Positions 18,014 through 28,046 of a DNA stretch of 64,000 nucleotides are shown piece after piece; position 1 is the first letter of the stretch, and each line of letters begins with the position of its first letter. The position numbers and the translations under genes are program-made. Origin of the DNA: an uncultured Candidatus Rokubacteria bacterium (lineage in GTDB: Bacteria; Methylomirabilota; Methylomirabilia; Rokubacteriales; DASRDR01). Location of the stretch: contig CAWDVE010000013.1 of the NCBI GenBank assembly GCA_963805625.1, positions 32,001-96,000 of the forward strand. Direction: 5' to 3'. Under the pieces are notes generated by a model that was not told the DNA's origin, did not search any database, and was given only the letters and a program-made list of their open reading frames with translations.

Positions 18014-19180
18014 ATGGAGATCCGACCCTTCGCCGTCGACGTCCCGCAGGCGACGCTCGACGACCTGCGGGCCCGTCTCGGCCGCACGCGCTGGCCCGAC
18101 GAGGTCGAGGACGCCCGCTGGGACTACGGCGCGAGCCTCGCCTATCTCCGGGCGGCCGTGGAGTACTGGGGCACGCGCTTCGACTGGCGGGCGCAGGAGC
18201 GCGTGATGAACGCGCTCCCGCACTTCCGCGCGGACGTCGACGGCCATGGCATCCACTTCATCCATGTGCGTGGGGCGCGCGGCCGCGGTCCCGCCCCGCT
18301 GCCGCTCATCATCACGCACGGCTGGCCGAGCTCGTTCGTCGAGATGCTCCCTCTGATCCCGCTCCTGGCCGATCCGGCGGCCCACGGCGGCGACCTGGCG
18401 GACGCCTTCGACGTGGTGGTCCCCTCGGTGCCCGGCTTCGGGTTCTCTGACCGGCCCACGAAGCGCGGCATGACCCGGAGCCGCGTGGCCGCCCTCTGGG
18501 CGCGGCTGATGGAGGGTCTCGGCTACGCGCGCTTCGCCGCCCACGGCAACGACATCGGGGCGGTCATCACGGGCTGGATGGCCGCCGACTTTCCGGACCG
18601 CCTGATCGCCATCCACACGATGATGCCGGGCTTCCCGCCTCCGGTCGTCGGTCCCGACGTCCAGCCGCCGAGCGACGCGGAGCGGGCCCACGCGGAGATC
18701 CAGGCGCGCTGGCAGCGGGAGGAGGGCGGCTACAACCTGATCCAGGAAACCCGGCCCCAGACCCTCGCCTACGGGCTCCATGACTCCCCGGCCGGACTGG
18801 CCGCCTGGATCCTCGAGAAGTGGCGGGCCTGGACCGATCCGGCGGGCGACGTGGAGCGGTACTTCTCCCGGGATCTCCTCCTCGCCAACGTCACGCTCTA
18901 CTGGGTGACGGGAACCATCAACGCCGCGAACCGCTCCTACTACGAGCGCGCTCGGGACCCGCGGCGCATCACCTCCCGCATCACGGTGCCGACCGGCGTG
19001 GCGCTGTCGACGGAAGCCGTCCAGCGGGTGCCTCGCGAGCGGGCCGAGCGAAGCTACGCCGACATCCGGCGATGGACCGAGTTCCCCCGCGGCGGCCACT
19101 TCTTCGCGGCGGAGGAGCCGCGCCTCCTGGCGGAGGAGCTCCGCGCCTTCTTCCGCCCGTTCCGCCTGACGGACCACTGA
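18014..19180 (+). CDS. epoxide hydrolase (EHN family)
   Basis: LDDLRARL..TRWPD, HGWP, GNDIG, DSPAGLAAWILEK, GGHFFAAE. Confidence 0.92.
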   Translation: MEIRPFAVDVPQATLDDLRARLGRTRWPDEVEDARWDYGASLAYLRAAVEYWGTRFDWRAQERVMNALPHFRADVDGHGIHFIHVRGARGRGPAPLPLIITHGWPSSFVEMLPLIPLLADPAAHGGDLADAFDVVVPSVPGFGFSDRPTKRGMTRSRVAALWARLMEGLGYARFAAHGNDIGAVITGWMAADFPDRLIAIHTMMPGFPPPVVGPDVQPPSDAERAHAEIQARWQREEGGYNLIQETRPQTLAYGLHDSPAGLAAWILEKWRAWTDPAGDVERYFSRDLLLANVTLYWVTGTINAANRSYYERARDPRRITSRITVPTGVALSTEAVQRVPRERAERSYADIRRWTEFPRGGHFFAAEEPRLLAEELRAFFRPFRLTDH

Positions 19181-19199
19181 CCCGGCGGCGCGGCCGGGG

Positions 19200-20225
19200 C
19201 TAGACCTGGGCGGTCTTCTCTCCGGCGTCGAGCACGGACAGAAGCGCGGCAGCGCGCTCTCGCTTCCCCGCGTCCTTGTCTCGCTGGACTATGCGCAGGA
19301 GGGACGCCCGGGCGGCGCGGTCTCCCCGCTCGGCCATCTCGAACGCGATCACGTCGCGCCGCTCGTAGTACTGCGTGTCGAACTCGCCGATCGTGATCGG
19401 AAGGCGCCGCCAGTAGTACTGGAACTCGTCGGACTTCCAGCCGGCGTAGACCTGGTCCCAGGTGAACATGTTCGCGTAGGGGCGGAGGCTCAGGTCGGAG
19501 ACCGGCTCGCTCACCCGCTGGTAGCGGGCGTCCATCGACTGGCGAAGCCGGTCGGTCAGGTTCGGCAGGCCTTTGTGGACCGTGAGGCTGTGAAAGATCA
19601 GCACGTCGCCCGCGGAGAACGGGCTCGCGCGCCAGCGGCCGGCCAGCGGGTCGACGACCTCCAGGCCGCCCGAGCCGTTCGTCACGCGAAAGTCCCGGAC
19701 GCCGTCCCGGTGCGATCCGGCCGCCACCGTGAGGCTGCCCTGCTCGAGCGGGCAGTCCCCCAGCGGGATCCAGGTCGTGTACGTCGCGGGGGTGCCCTGG
19801 ATGTGCACGTAGTCCTGGTGGGCTGGCGTCGTCGACTCGGGCCGCTGAGGAAAGATGTTCCGCATGACGAACAGCGGATGAACAAGCACGGGCTCGCCGA
19901 GCAGCCGCTCGAAGAATCCCACGATCGCGGGGTGATGCTTGAGCGCGTGGAGCGCTTCCAGCACGTAGAGACGACGGAACACCTCCACGTACTTGGGCTC
20001 GGGATCGGTGCAGGCTGCCGCGCGATTGGCGACACCGTCGTCCACAGGGTATGCGGGATCGAGCCACCCGCTCGCCGCCGCCACCGCCCGACATTGACGG
20101 CGCACGTCGAGGACGGCCGGGCGCGGGAGGAGCCCCCGGACGAACAGGTATCCCTCGGCGACGAGCCGCTCGTTCAGGGCATCGGGATCCGCGGCCAGGT
20201 TCGTCGAGTCCAGGAAAGGCTGCAT
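19200..20225 (-). CDS. phytanoyl-CoA dioxygenase family protein
   Basis: TPAHQD, WIPLGDC, GDVLIFHSLTVH, SMDARYQ. Confidence 0.88.
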   Translation of the reverse strand: MQPFLDSTNLAADPDALNERLVAEGYLFVRGLLPRPAVLDVRRQCRAVAAASGWLDPAYPVDDGVANRAAACTDPEPKYVEVFRRLYVLEALHALKHHPAIVGFFERLLGEPVLVHPLFVMRNIFPQRPESTTPAHQDYVHIQGTPATYTTWIPLGDCPLEQGSLTVAAGSHRDGVRDFRVTNGSGGLEVVDPLAGRWRASPFSAGDVLIFHSLTVHKGLPNLTDRLRQSMDARYQRVSEPVSDLSLRPYANMFTWDQVYAGWKSDEFQYYWRRLPITIGEFDTQYYERRDVIAFEMAERGDRAARASLLRIVQRDKDAGKRERAAALLSVLDAGEKTAQV

Positions 20226-20374
20226 CGCACGCCTCCATCCAGCGAATCGTCTCGCCGCCGCCACCAGCGCGTGCCGCTCCTCGCGGCTCTCGATGCGCGC
20301 CCGCGGTTGACAGCGTACGTCGTTCAGAATGTAATAGCGCGAATTCCAGGCGATGTCACCGACCATCCAGCCCC

Positions 20375-20554
20375 GTGACCACGCCGCCGGTCGGGATCAC
20401 GATGTTCATCGCCTGCCAGCTCGCGGGGATCACGGTCAACGAGTTCACCCGGGCGGTGTGGCGGCCGTTCCTGGCGCTCGTCCTGGCGGTGATCGTGTGC
20501 GCGCTCTGGCCGGGCCTGGTGCTGTTCCTGCCGAACCTCGTGATGGGGCGGTAG
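20375..20554 (+). pseudogene. dctM: C-terminal remnant of TRAP large permease DctM
   Basis: TTPPVGITMFIAC...LVLFLPNLVM matches DctM C-terminus; N-terminal part absent. Confidence 0.7.
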
Positions 20555-20612
20555 GCGGAACCAGCCGCGCCGCTCCGCGCGACGTGTCGGGACCTCGCCG
20601 AAGGAGGCACTC

Positions 20613-21518
20613 ATGCCGGAATCCCCTCGAGTCGCCCAGGATCGGGTCGAGAGCTACTTCAAGGAGCTGAACAACTGGGGCCGCTGGGGTCACGACGACC
20701 AGCGGGGCACGCTCAACCTGATCACGCCCGCCCGGCGCGCCGACGCGCTCCGGCTGATCCGCACGGGCCGCACGGTGTCTCTGGCCCGCGACGTGGTGCC
20801 GCGCCCCGTGTACATGTACCACGTCACGTTCCCGACCAAGCGCGAGCGGGTCGACGCGGTGCTCGACCGCTTCGACATGGTCTACCACGGCTACTGGATC
20901 ACGCACGTGGACGCCCTTTGCCACGTCGGCTGGGACGGCGAGCTGTACAACGGCCGGCCGTTCGCCGCGAGCCTCTCCGTCGAGGGCGCGAGCTGGTGCC
21001 CGATCGACCCCATCGCCGTGGACGGGATCACGACGCGCGGCGTCCTGCTCGACGTCGCGGCCGGACGCGCGGAAGGGTTCGTGACGGTCGGCCGCCCGGT
21101 CACCCCGCGGGAGCTGGACGAGACGGCGGCGCACGCCGGTGTCCGGGTCCAGCCCGGTGACGCGGTGGTGATCCGGAGCGGCGACGAGGCATTCCGCCAG
21201 GCGCATCAGGACTGGGTGCCGCGGGTGTCACCCCACCCCGGCCTCCACGTCTCGTGCCTCGAGTGGCTCCGCCAGAAGGACGTCGCCGCCGTGGCGTGGG
21301 ACATGATGGACGAGCGTCCCAGCGGCTATCCCGGATTCGGGATGGGCGCCCACCTGGCGATCCCGTTCCTGGGCCTCGTCCTCGTGGACAACGTCAGCCC
21401 GGAAGCCCTGGCCCAGGCCTGCCGCGAGGAGAGCCGCTACGAGTTCTTCTTCACCGCGACGCCGCTCCGGCTCCGCGGCGCCACGGGCGCTCCCGCCCAC
21501 CCGATCGCGATCTTCTGA
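20613..21518 (+). CDS. cyclase family protein (kynurenine formamidase-like)
   Basis: NWGRWG.DDQRGTLN, THVDALCH, GVLLDV, RYEFFF...GATGAP. Confidence 0.88.
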   Translation: MPESPRVAQDRVESYFKELNNWGRWGHDDQRGTLNLITPARRADALRLIRTGRTVSLARDVVPRPVYMYHVTFPTKRERVDAVLDRFDMVYHGYWITHVDALCHVGWDGELYNGRPFAASLSVEGASWCPIDPIAVDGITTRGVLLDVAAGRAEGFVTVGRPVTPRELDETAAHAGVRVQPGDAVVIRSGDEAFRQAHQDWVPRVSPHPGLHVSCLEWLRQKDVAAVAWDMMDERPSGYPGFGMGAHLAIPFLGLVLVDNVSPEALAQACREESRYEFFFTATPLRLRGATGAPAHPIAIF

Positions 21519-21594
21519 CCCACCCGGCCTCTCCCGGAGGAGCGCCCGCGAATGGCGTTTGTGCCGCCTCCGCACACCGCCTAACATCGGGTCC

Positions 21595-21840
21595 ATGCAC
21601 CTCGGTACCCTGCTCTCCAGGCATGCCCGCTCTCGCCCCGCCCATCTCGCGGTCGTGATCGGTCACGAGCGCCTGACGTTTCGGAAGCTCAACGTCCGGG
21701 TAAACCGCCTCGTCAACGCGCTGCTGGCCGCAGGACTCGGAAAGGGCGACAAGCTTGCCACGATCCTGCCGAACTGTCTCGACAGCTTGAGGTCTATCTC
21801 GCCGCCACGAAGATGGGCATCGTGGTGGTGCCGCTGAAGC
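21595..21840 (+). pseudogene. frameshifted, truncated AMP-binding (acyl-CoA synthetase) gene
   Basis: RLTFRKLNVRVNRLVNALLAAGLGKGDK...PNC, then in a shifted frame QLEVYLAATKMGIVVVPL, then lost. Confidence 0.75.
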
Positions 21841-21905
21841 GGGTCCACAGGCCGAATCGCCCCGGTGTGCCGAGAGACCGCCGGCGCATTCTCATCGCCC
21901 CGGGC

Positions 21906-21938
21906 TCAATGCATCACCCGGCCGCCGTCCACGTTGAC
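21906..21938 (-). pseudogene. SDR C-terminal remnant (VNVDGGRVMH*)
   Basis: typical SDR tail motif with stop; nothing upstream. Confidence 0.4.
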
Positions 21939-22084
21939 GAAGATGGGGGCTGATCTCGAACGCGGCCGCACGATCATCCATGATCGTCAGCGACTCTGCC
22001 TCGGAACCTCAATCTGGACACGCTGGCCCCAGCGTGTCATGAAGAGGGCTCTTCTTCATGGCGACGCCGCTCCGACCCCGCCGC

Positions 22085-23470
22085 TCAGTTCCGGGCGAGC
22101 TCGGCCTCCGCCTTGCGAACCGCTCCCGTCACGATGTCGGCCACGTGGTCGATCTCCGATTCCGAGATCACGAGGGGCGGTGACAGCGCGATGGTGTCGC
22201 TGATGGAGCGCACGATGAGGGCCCGCTCGAGGCAGTGGCGGCGCACGAGAGCGCTGCCGCGCCCGTCGGGGAACGGGGCCCGCGTCTTCCGGTCGGCGAC
22301 GATCTCCACACCCGTCAGGAGACCGAGCCCCCGCACCTCGCCGACGATCGGCGAGCTCTCGATGGGACGGAGCCGGTCGAGCAGGCGCCGGCCCATGCGC
22401 TGGGCGTGCTCGACGAGGTTCTCCTTCTCCAGGATCTCGATCGTCTGGAGGGCCGCCGCGCAGCAGCCGGGGTGCGCGTTGTAGGTGAAGCCCTGCCAGA
22501 ACGTGAACTCCTCTGGGCGGGTCGTCAGGACCTCGTAGATGCCGCCGCCGACGGCGACGCCGGAGAGCGGCATGTACCCGCTCGTCAGCCCTTTGCCGAT
22601 CGTCAGCATGTCGGGGACCACGCTCCAGTTGTCGACTCCGAACCAGCGCCCGGTCCGCCCGAACCCGCAGATGACCTCGTCGGCAACGAGCAGGACGTCG
22701 TGCGCGCGGCAGATCTCCCGGAGACTCGGGAGGTACGTGGGCGGCGGGACGATGATGCCCCCCGCCGCCTGGACCGGCTCCGCGATGACCATGGCCACCG
22801 TGTCCGGCCCCTCGCGCCGGATGAGGGCGTCCACCGCCTCGGCGCACGCCCCAGTGCAGCTCGGCTGCGTCCCGCACGCTTCGCAGCGATAGCGGTACGG
22901 CGCCGGGGCCTCGACGAAGCCCTCCATCAGCGGGCTGACGTGTTCGTGGTACTGGCGCAGGCGGGTCGCCGAGAGCGTGCCGTAGGTGGCGCCGTGGTAG
23001 GCGCGCGCGCGCGAGATGACCTTCACCTTGCGCCCATTGCCCCGCGCCTTGTGGTAGGAGCGGGCGAGCTTGATGGCCGTCTCGTTGGCCGCGGAACCGC
23101 TGTCGACGAAGAAGAAACGGTCGAGCCCGGGAGGCGTGATGCGGGCGAGTCGCGCGGCCAGCTCGATCCCGGCCGGATGAGCAAAGCCGAAGAACGACGT
23201 GCTGAACGCGAGCTGGCGCATCTGGCCCGTGATGGCGTCCACGATGTCCTGGCGCCCGTGCCCGCAGTTGACGTTCCACAGGGAGGCGAGACCGTCGATA
23301 AACGCCCGCCCCTTCGCGTCGTACAGGTAGATGCCCTCACCGCCGACGAAGATGCGCGGACCGTCCTTCGCGTGCTGCTGGAGGGGCGTCGCCGCGTGAA
23401 AAAAATGGGCGCGATCGAGCGCGGTGAGCCGGTCGATCTCCTCGTCGCTGAGCGTCAGGCGTGTCGTCAT
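22085..23470 (-). CDS. class III aminotransferase
   Basis: FIDGLASLW, AYHGATYG, EPVQAAGG, ADEVICGFGRTG, GKGLTSGYMP. Confidence 0.93.
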   Translation of the reverse strand: MTTRLTLSDEEIDRLTALDRAHFFHAATPLQQHAKDGPRIFVGGEGIYLYDAKGRAFIDGLASLWNVNCGHGRQDIVDAITGQMRQLAFSTSFFGFAHPAGIELAARLARITPPGLDRFFFVDSGSAANETAIKLARSYHKARGNGRKVKVISRARAYHGATYGTLSATRLRQYHEHVSPLMEGFVEAPAPYRYRCEACGTQPSCTGACAEAVDALIRREGPDTVAMVIAEPVQAAGGIIVPPPTYLPSLREICRAHDVLLVADEVICGFGRTGRWFGVDNWSVVPDMLTIGKGLTSGYMPLSGVAVGGGIYEVLTTRPEEFTFWQGFTYNAHPGCCAAALQTIEILEKENLVEHAQRMGRRLLDRLRPIESSPIVGEVRGLGLLTGVEIVADRKTRAPFPDGRGSALVRRHCLERALIVRSISDTIALSPPLVISESEIDHVADIVTGAVRKAEAELARN

Positions 23471-23514
23471 GTGGCCTCCTCGCGGCGGTACCATAGCACG
23501 TGGAGGTTCCATCG

Positions 23515-24576
23515 ATGACGACCCCACTATCGCCCCGCGCCGGCCGCGCACAGACGGTCCTCGGCCTCGTGGCGCCGGAGTCCCTCGGCCTGACGCTGCC
23601 GCACGAGCACCTCTTCGTCGACCTCAGCTTCCTCTACCGCGAGCCGCCGGCTGGCGGCGCCCACGGGCCCGAGCGAGAGGCGATCGAGCTCTCGAACCTC
23701 TACGAGATCAACTACGACTGGTTCTCGAGCCGCGAGAACCTGAGCCTGACCGACGAGGCGACGGCCATCGAGGAGGCGGGCATCTTCCGGCGGGACGGCG
23801 GCCAGACCCTGGTCGACCCCACGACCGCCGGGATCGGCCGGAATCCCCCGGCCCTCCAGCGCGTCGCCAGGGCGACCGGGCTCCACGTCATCATGGGCTC
23901 GGGCTACTACACGGAGCCGGCCCACCCGCCCGGGCTGGCGGCGGCGACCGAGGACGCCCTGGTACGCGAGATCGTCCGGGACGTCGTTGACGGCGCCGGG
24001 GACACCGGCGTGCGGGCGGGCCTGATCGGCGAGATCGGATGCTCGTGGCCCTGGACGCCCGCCGAGCGGAAGTCCCTGCGGGCGGCGGCCATCGCCGCGC
24101 GGGAGACCGGCGCGCCGCTCATGATCCACCCCGGCCGCGATCCGCGAGCTCCGGAGGCGCACCTGGACGAAGTCCGCCGAGCGGGGCTCGACCTCCGCCG
24201 GGTCGTCATCGCCCACATCGAGCGCACGATCGTCGCCGACCCCGCGCGGCTCCGCGCCGTCGTCGACACCGGCTGCTACGTGGAGTACGACCTCTTCGGC
24301 GTGGAGATCTCCCACTTCCCGTGGGGCGGGCCGGACATGCCCAACGACACCGAGCGCATCCGGCAGGTCCTCTGGCTGGTGGAGCAGGGCTTCGGACAGC
24401 AGATCCTGCTGTCGCACGACGTGTGCTTCAAGATCCGACTCACGCGGTACGGGGGAACGGGGCTCGGGCATATCCCTCGCCGGATCGTACCGCGCCTTCG
24501 ACAGCGGGGTCTCTCCGAGGCCGACGTCCGGGCGCTGCTCGTCGAGAATCCCGCCCGGGCGCTGACGTTCGCCTAG
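23515..24576 (+). CDS. phosphotriesterase-related amidohydrolase
   Basis: TLPHEHL, GLIGEIG, MIHPGR, IAHIER, LLSHD. Confidence 0.9.
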   Translation: MTTPLSPRAGRAQTVLGLVAPESLGLTLPHEHLFVDLSFLYREPPAGGAHGPEREAIELSNLYEINYDWFSSRENLSLTDEATAIEEAGIFRRDGGQTLVDPTTAGIGRNPPALQRVARATGLHVIMGSGYYTEPAHPPGLAAATEDALVREIVRDVVDGAGDTGVRAGLIGEIGCSWPWTPAERKSLRAAAIAARETGAPLMIHPGRDPRAPEAHLDEVRRAGLDLRRVVIAHIERTIVADPARLRAVVDTGCYVEYDLFGVEISHFPWGGPDMPNDTERIRQVLWLVEQGFGQQILLSHDVCFKIRLTRYGGTGLGHIPRRIVPRLRQRGLSEADVRALLVENPARALTFA

Positions 24577-24830
24577 GCTCGGGACCCCACCGCCTGGACG
24601 TCCGCCCTGGCAGGCGCTCCGGCGCACTTCGGGCAGGTCGTCGCCCACGAATAGAGGCAGGTCTGCCCGGTGTGAGGCCACTCCTCGTCGCACTCCGCGC
24701 AGTAGTGCGGATGCATCGCCGCCTCGGCCGCCGCCGCCTGCTCGCGCCTCCGGGCCCTTCGCGCGGCCACGAGTACTCCGCTCAACCCCGCCACCGCCGC
24801 CAGCCCCACTCCGACCACGAGAATCACCAT
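24573..24830 (-). CDS. small membrane-anchored Cys/His-rich (zinc-ribbon-like) protein
   Basis: N-terminal TM; HYCAEC...H....C...CPKC; TGc-GAATCT 7 nt before ATG. Confidence 0.65.
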   Translation of the reverse strand: MVILVVGVGLAAVAGLSGVLVAARRARRREQAAAAEAAMHPHYCAECDEEWPHTGQTCLYSWATTCPKCAGAPARADVQAVGSRA

Positions 24831-24929
24831 GTGGGCGAGATTCGCACGGGCCCTCCCCGCGCGCCAAAAAATTCCGGCGCCACGGCCGATCGGAGCGCGG
24901 GCCCGAAAGGCGGGTGGGGGCGCCCCGCC

Positions 24930-26363
24930 TCAGCGCCGTCCAGCGCGGTAGTGGTCGGCGAGGATCTCGGCGACGCAGGCAGTCACGCGGACGCCCGTGG
25001 GGACGTGGAGGAACTCGTTCGGACCGTGGGCATTCGACCCGGGGCCGAGCACGCCCGTGATCACGAACTGCGCGTCGGGGAACCGCTCGCCGAGCATGCT
25101 CATGAACGGGATCGACCCTCCCACCCCCGCGGACATCGGTGGCCGGCCGAAGTGCGTCATGGAAGCGCGCTCGAGAGACTCCACGAGCCAGTCGACCAGC
25201 GGCGGAGCTTCCCACCCCGGGCTGGGCGTCGCCGGTGTGAAGCGCACACGCGCGCCGTACGGAGGATCCGCCTCGAAGAGCTCCTGGAGAAGGCGCGCCG
25301 CCCTCCTGGCGTCGAGGGTGGGCGGGATACGGAGAGAAACCTTCACGGCCGTCCGGGGGTGGAGGACGTTCCCGGCGTCCGCGATGGGCGGGAGTCCGTC
25401 GGCGCCGGTGATCGCGAGCGCCGGGCGCCAGGTATGGGCCAGGACTTGCTCGCCGGGATCGGCGTGCGCGGCGCGCATGCCGGGAACGAAGGGCATCCGG
25501 GAGCCCAGATCCCCGAGAGTCGCCGCCACGTCCCGCGCCTGTCGCTCGCGCTCGGGCGGAATCTCGACATGGAGGCCGCGCGGCCGCACCTCCCCGGTCC
25601 GCTCGTCCTCCAGGCGCGAGAGGAGCTGGCGCAGGATCCGGAAGCCCGAGGGCACGATCCCGCTCGCGCCCGAGTGGATGCCCTCCCCCAGCACCTCCAC
25701 CGAGAGCTCGCCGCCAACCAGGCCCCGGAGCGAGGTCGCCGTCCAGAGCTGGTCGTAGTTCCCGCAGGAGGCGTCCAGGCAGATCACGAGGCCCGGCGTG
25801 CCGATGCGAGCCTTCAGCGCGTCCATGTAGGCGGGCAGGTCCGCGCTCCCGCTCTCCTCGCAGGTCTCGACGACGATGACGCACCGGGCGTGCGGCACTC
25901 CCTGAGCCTGGAGCGACTCCACGGCGGTGAGCGCCGCGAACGCCGCGTAGCCGTCGTCGGCCGCGCCCCGGCCGTAGAGACGGTCGCCGCAGCGGACGGG
26001 CGTCCACGGCCCCAGTCCCTCGCTCCAGCCCACCATCTCGGGCTGCTTGTCGAGGTGGCCGTACAGGAGGACGGTCTCGTCCGCCGTCCCCGGGATCTCC
26101 ATCAGGAGGATCGGCGTCCGACCCGGCAAACGGACAACCTCCACCTGGAGGCCCTCGACCGGACGCTCGCGCGCCCAACGCGCCGCGAGCTCGACCGCCC
26201 GGTCCAGGTGGCCGTGGGCCTGCCACTCGCGATCGAACCCCGGCGACTTCGCGGGGATGCGGACGTATTCCTCGAGCGTGGGGACGATCCGCAAGTCCCA
26301 CGCATCCTGGACGAAAGCACGGAGCCGGTCGGGAATGATCGCGCGAGCGGCGGTCGGCCTCAT
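24930..26363 (-). CDS. M20 family metallopeptidase (ArgE/DapE-like)
   Basis: YGHLDKQP, LYGRGAADDG, CEESGS, NAHGPNE. Confidence 0.92.
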   Translation of the reverse strand: MRPTAARAIIPDRLRAFVQDAWDLRIVPTLEEYVRIPAKSPGFDREWQAHGHLDRAVELAARWARERPVEGLQVEVVRLPGRTPILLMEIPGTADETVLLYGHLDKQPEMVGWSEGLGPWTPVRCGDRLYGRGAADDGYAAFAALTAVESLQAQGVPHARCVIVVETCEESGSADLPAYMDALKARIGTPGLVICLDASCGNYDQLWTATSLRGLVGGELSVEVLGEGIHSGASGIVPSGFRILRQLLSRLEDERTGEVRPRGLHVEIPPERERQARDVAATLGDLGSRMPFVPGMRAAHADPGEQVLAHTWRPALAITGADGLPPIADAGNVLHPRTAVKVSLRIPPTLDARRAARLLQELFEADPPYGARVRFTPATPSPGWEAPPLVDWLVESLERASMTHFGRPPMSAGVGGSIPFMSMLGERFPDAQFVITGVLGPGSNAHGPNEFLHVPTGVRVTACVAEILADHYRAGRR

Positions 26364-26499
26364 GACGCCGAGCGTATCACGCAGCAAGCCCGGCGCGTTC
26401 TCCACGGGGCCGGAGACACCGGCAACGGCAGCGACCGTGCTTGACGCTCTTCGTCCCGCCGTGCTACCGAGGAGTCTATCGCGACGCTCCGGTCCTGGA

Positions 26500-27923
26500 A
26501 TGACGCGCGCTCTCCTCGAGGCCTCGCGCCGGATGAGCGGCAATGGCTGGCGATCGTCGCCGACGGCGCCCTGCTCGTCGCCGGCCTCTTCGTCCTGTAC
26601 ACCCTCTTCGGGGGCGAGGTCCGGTGGAAGACCGCCTTCTTTCGGATCACCCTGACGGAGCCCAACCGCCCGATTCAGATCTGCGTCCTAGTCCTCCTCA
26701 TCAAGGTTGCCGGCGGCCTCGGCCGGGGTCTTTTCGCTTCCCTTGCAACCACCCACCTCCCCGTCGTCGGTCCCGCCGCGGCCCTCGTCCATGCCCTCGA
26801 GCTCCACCTGCGCGCTCTGTTCCTCGCCTACCGCGCGCCGCTCCTCCTCAGCGCGGCGAGCCTCGGCCTATCGCTCGGACTCCTTGAGCTGTACCTCCGA
26901 TACTTCCCCCTCACCCTGCCCCACGCCCTCGCCAATCACGTTGCCACCGGGTATCACGCCGGCCCCTCCGGGATCTACCGATATGCTCCTGAGCTCCGGA
27001 CGAGCCTGATGCGCCCGAATCACGAGCGGACGATGTACTTCAACGGATACCGGTGGCACCACAGGACGGATTCGCGCGGGTTCCGCAATCCCATCGAGCG
27101 CACGCACGCGTCCGTCGTCCTCCTGGGGGACTCGATCGTCTACGGGCACGGCGTCGAGGAGACCTCGACGGTCCGACACCATCTCGAGACCATCCTCGGC
27201 CAGCCGGTGATCAACCTGGGCATCCAGGGCAGCTCGATCCATGACGAGTACCAGGTGCTGAAGGCCTTTGGCGTGAGCCTGCGCCCCCGTTTCGTCTTTC
27301 TGTTTTTCTTGGCCAACGACATCGATGACCTCGGACTCCTGACGGAGCGCGAGATGTCCGCCTTCCTGAGCACGCCCATCGCCGATCACTCCACTCCATA
27401 CTTCCACGTCAGGGCTCCGAAAAAGCAACCATGGCAGGTCGCGTGGTCTCGGGCCTTCGAAGCCCACCTGGAGGACCTGTACGTCGTGAAGGCGTGGGAC
27501 TTTCTCCGAGGATACGTGCGGGCTCACTCCGACAATCCGGCCGAGGCCTCCGAGGACGCCCTGTCATCGCTGCCCCCGGTCCCCGGCGGTCCGAAGGCCA
27601 TCATGGCGATGCGATTCCACCTTCATGCCCTGCAGAAGATCCAGAACCTCGCCGACCAGAATCACTTCCAGGTCGTCAACGTCTTCACCTACACCGGCGT
27701 GATTCCGGCCGAGGCCACCTATGAGGAGATCCTGGAGACATACTGCCGCACCCACGCCATCGCTTTCCTGAGTCTCAGATCCGCGTTCGAGCGTGCCCTC
27801 TCCAACCGCGAGAACGTGTTCTTGAAAGGAGACGGACACCTCTCGGACGCCGGCGCGCAGCTCGCGGCAGAGGTGCTGGCCCGGTACATTGACCAGCACC
27901 CGACGCCCAGCCCCGGGCGCTGA
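26500..27923 (+). CDS. membrane-anchored SGNH/GDSL hydrolase-like protein (5' frameshift)
   Basis: GDS, NLG, ND, DGH SGNH blocks; frame open and TM-rich from 26445 with no start before 27009; ATG 26500 is one base out of frame. Confidence 0.65.
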
Positions 27924-28019
27924 GAGCTTCTCAACCTCCCGTCCTTTCTCGCTCGTGTGCGCGCCGAGGCGCGCAGGGGTCGGCCGCGCCCGTCGCTCGC
28001 GGACGGTACAATCGAGCGC

Positions 28020-28046
28020 GTGACCCCGACGGGACGCCGGGCGTGA
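28020..28046 (+). other. putative leaderless micro-ORF MTPTGRRA overlapping MFS start (GTGA)
   Basis: TACAAT (28007-28012)+7 nt+GTG; TGA 28044-28046 overlaps GTG 28043. Confidence 0.4.

Noticed and set aside
23527-26444. 924-aa (-) and 801-aa (+) ORFs
   Set aside because: Arg/Gly/Pro-rich off-frame or antisense translations over the phosphotriesterase and M20 genes.
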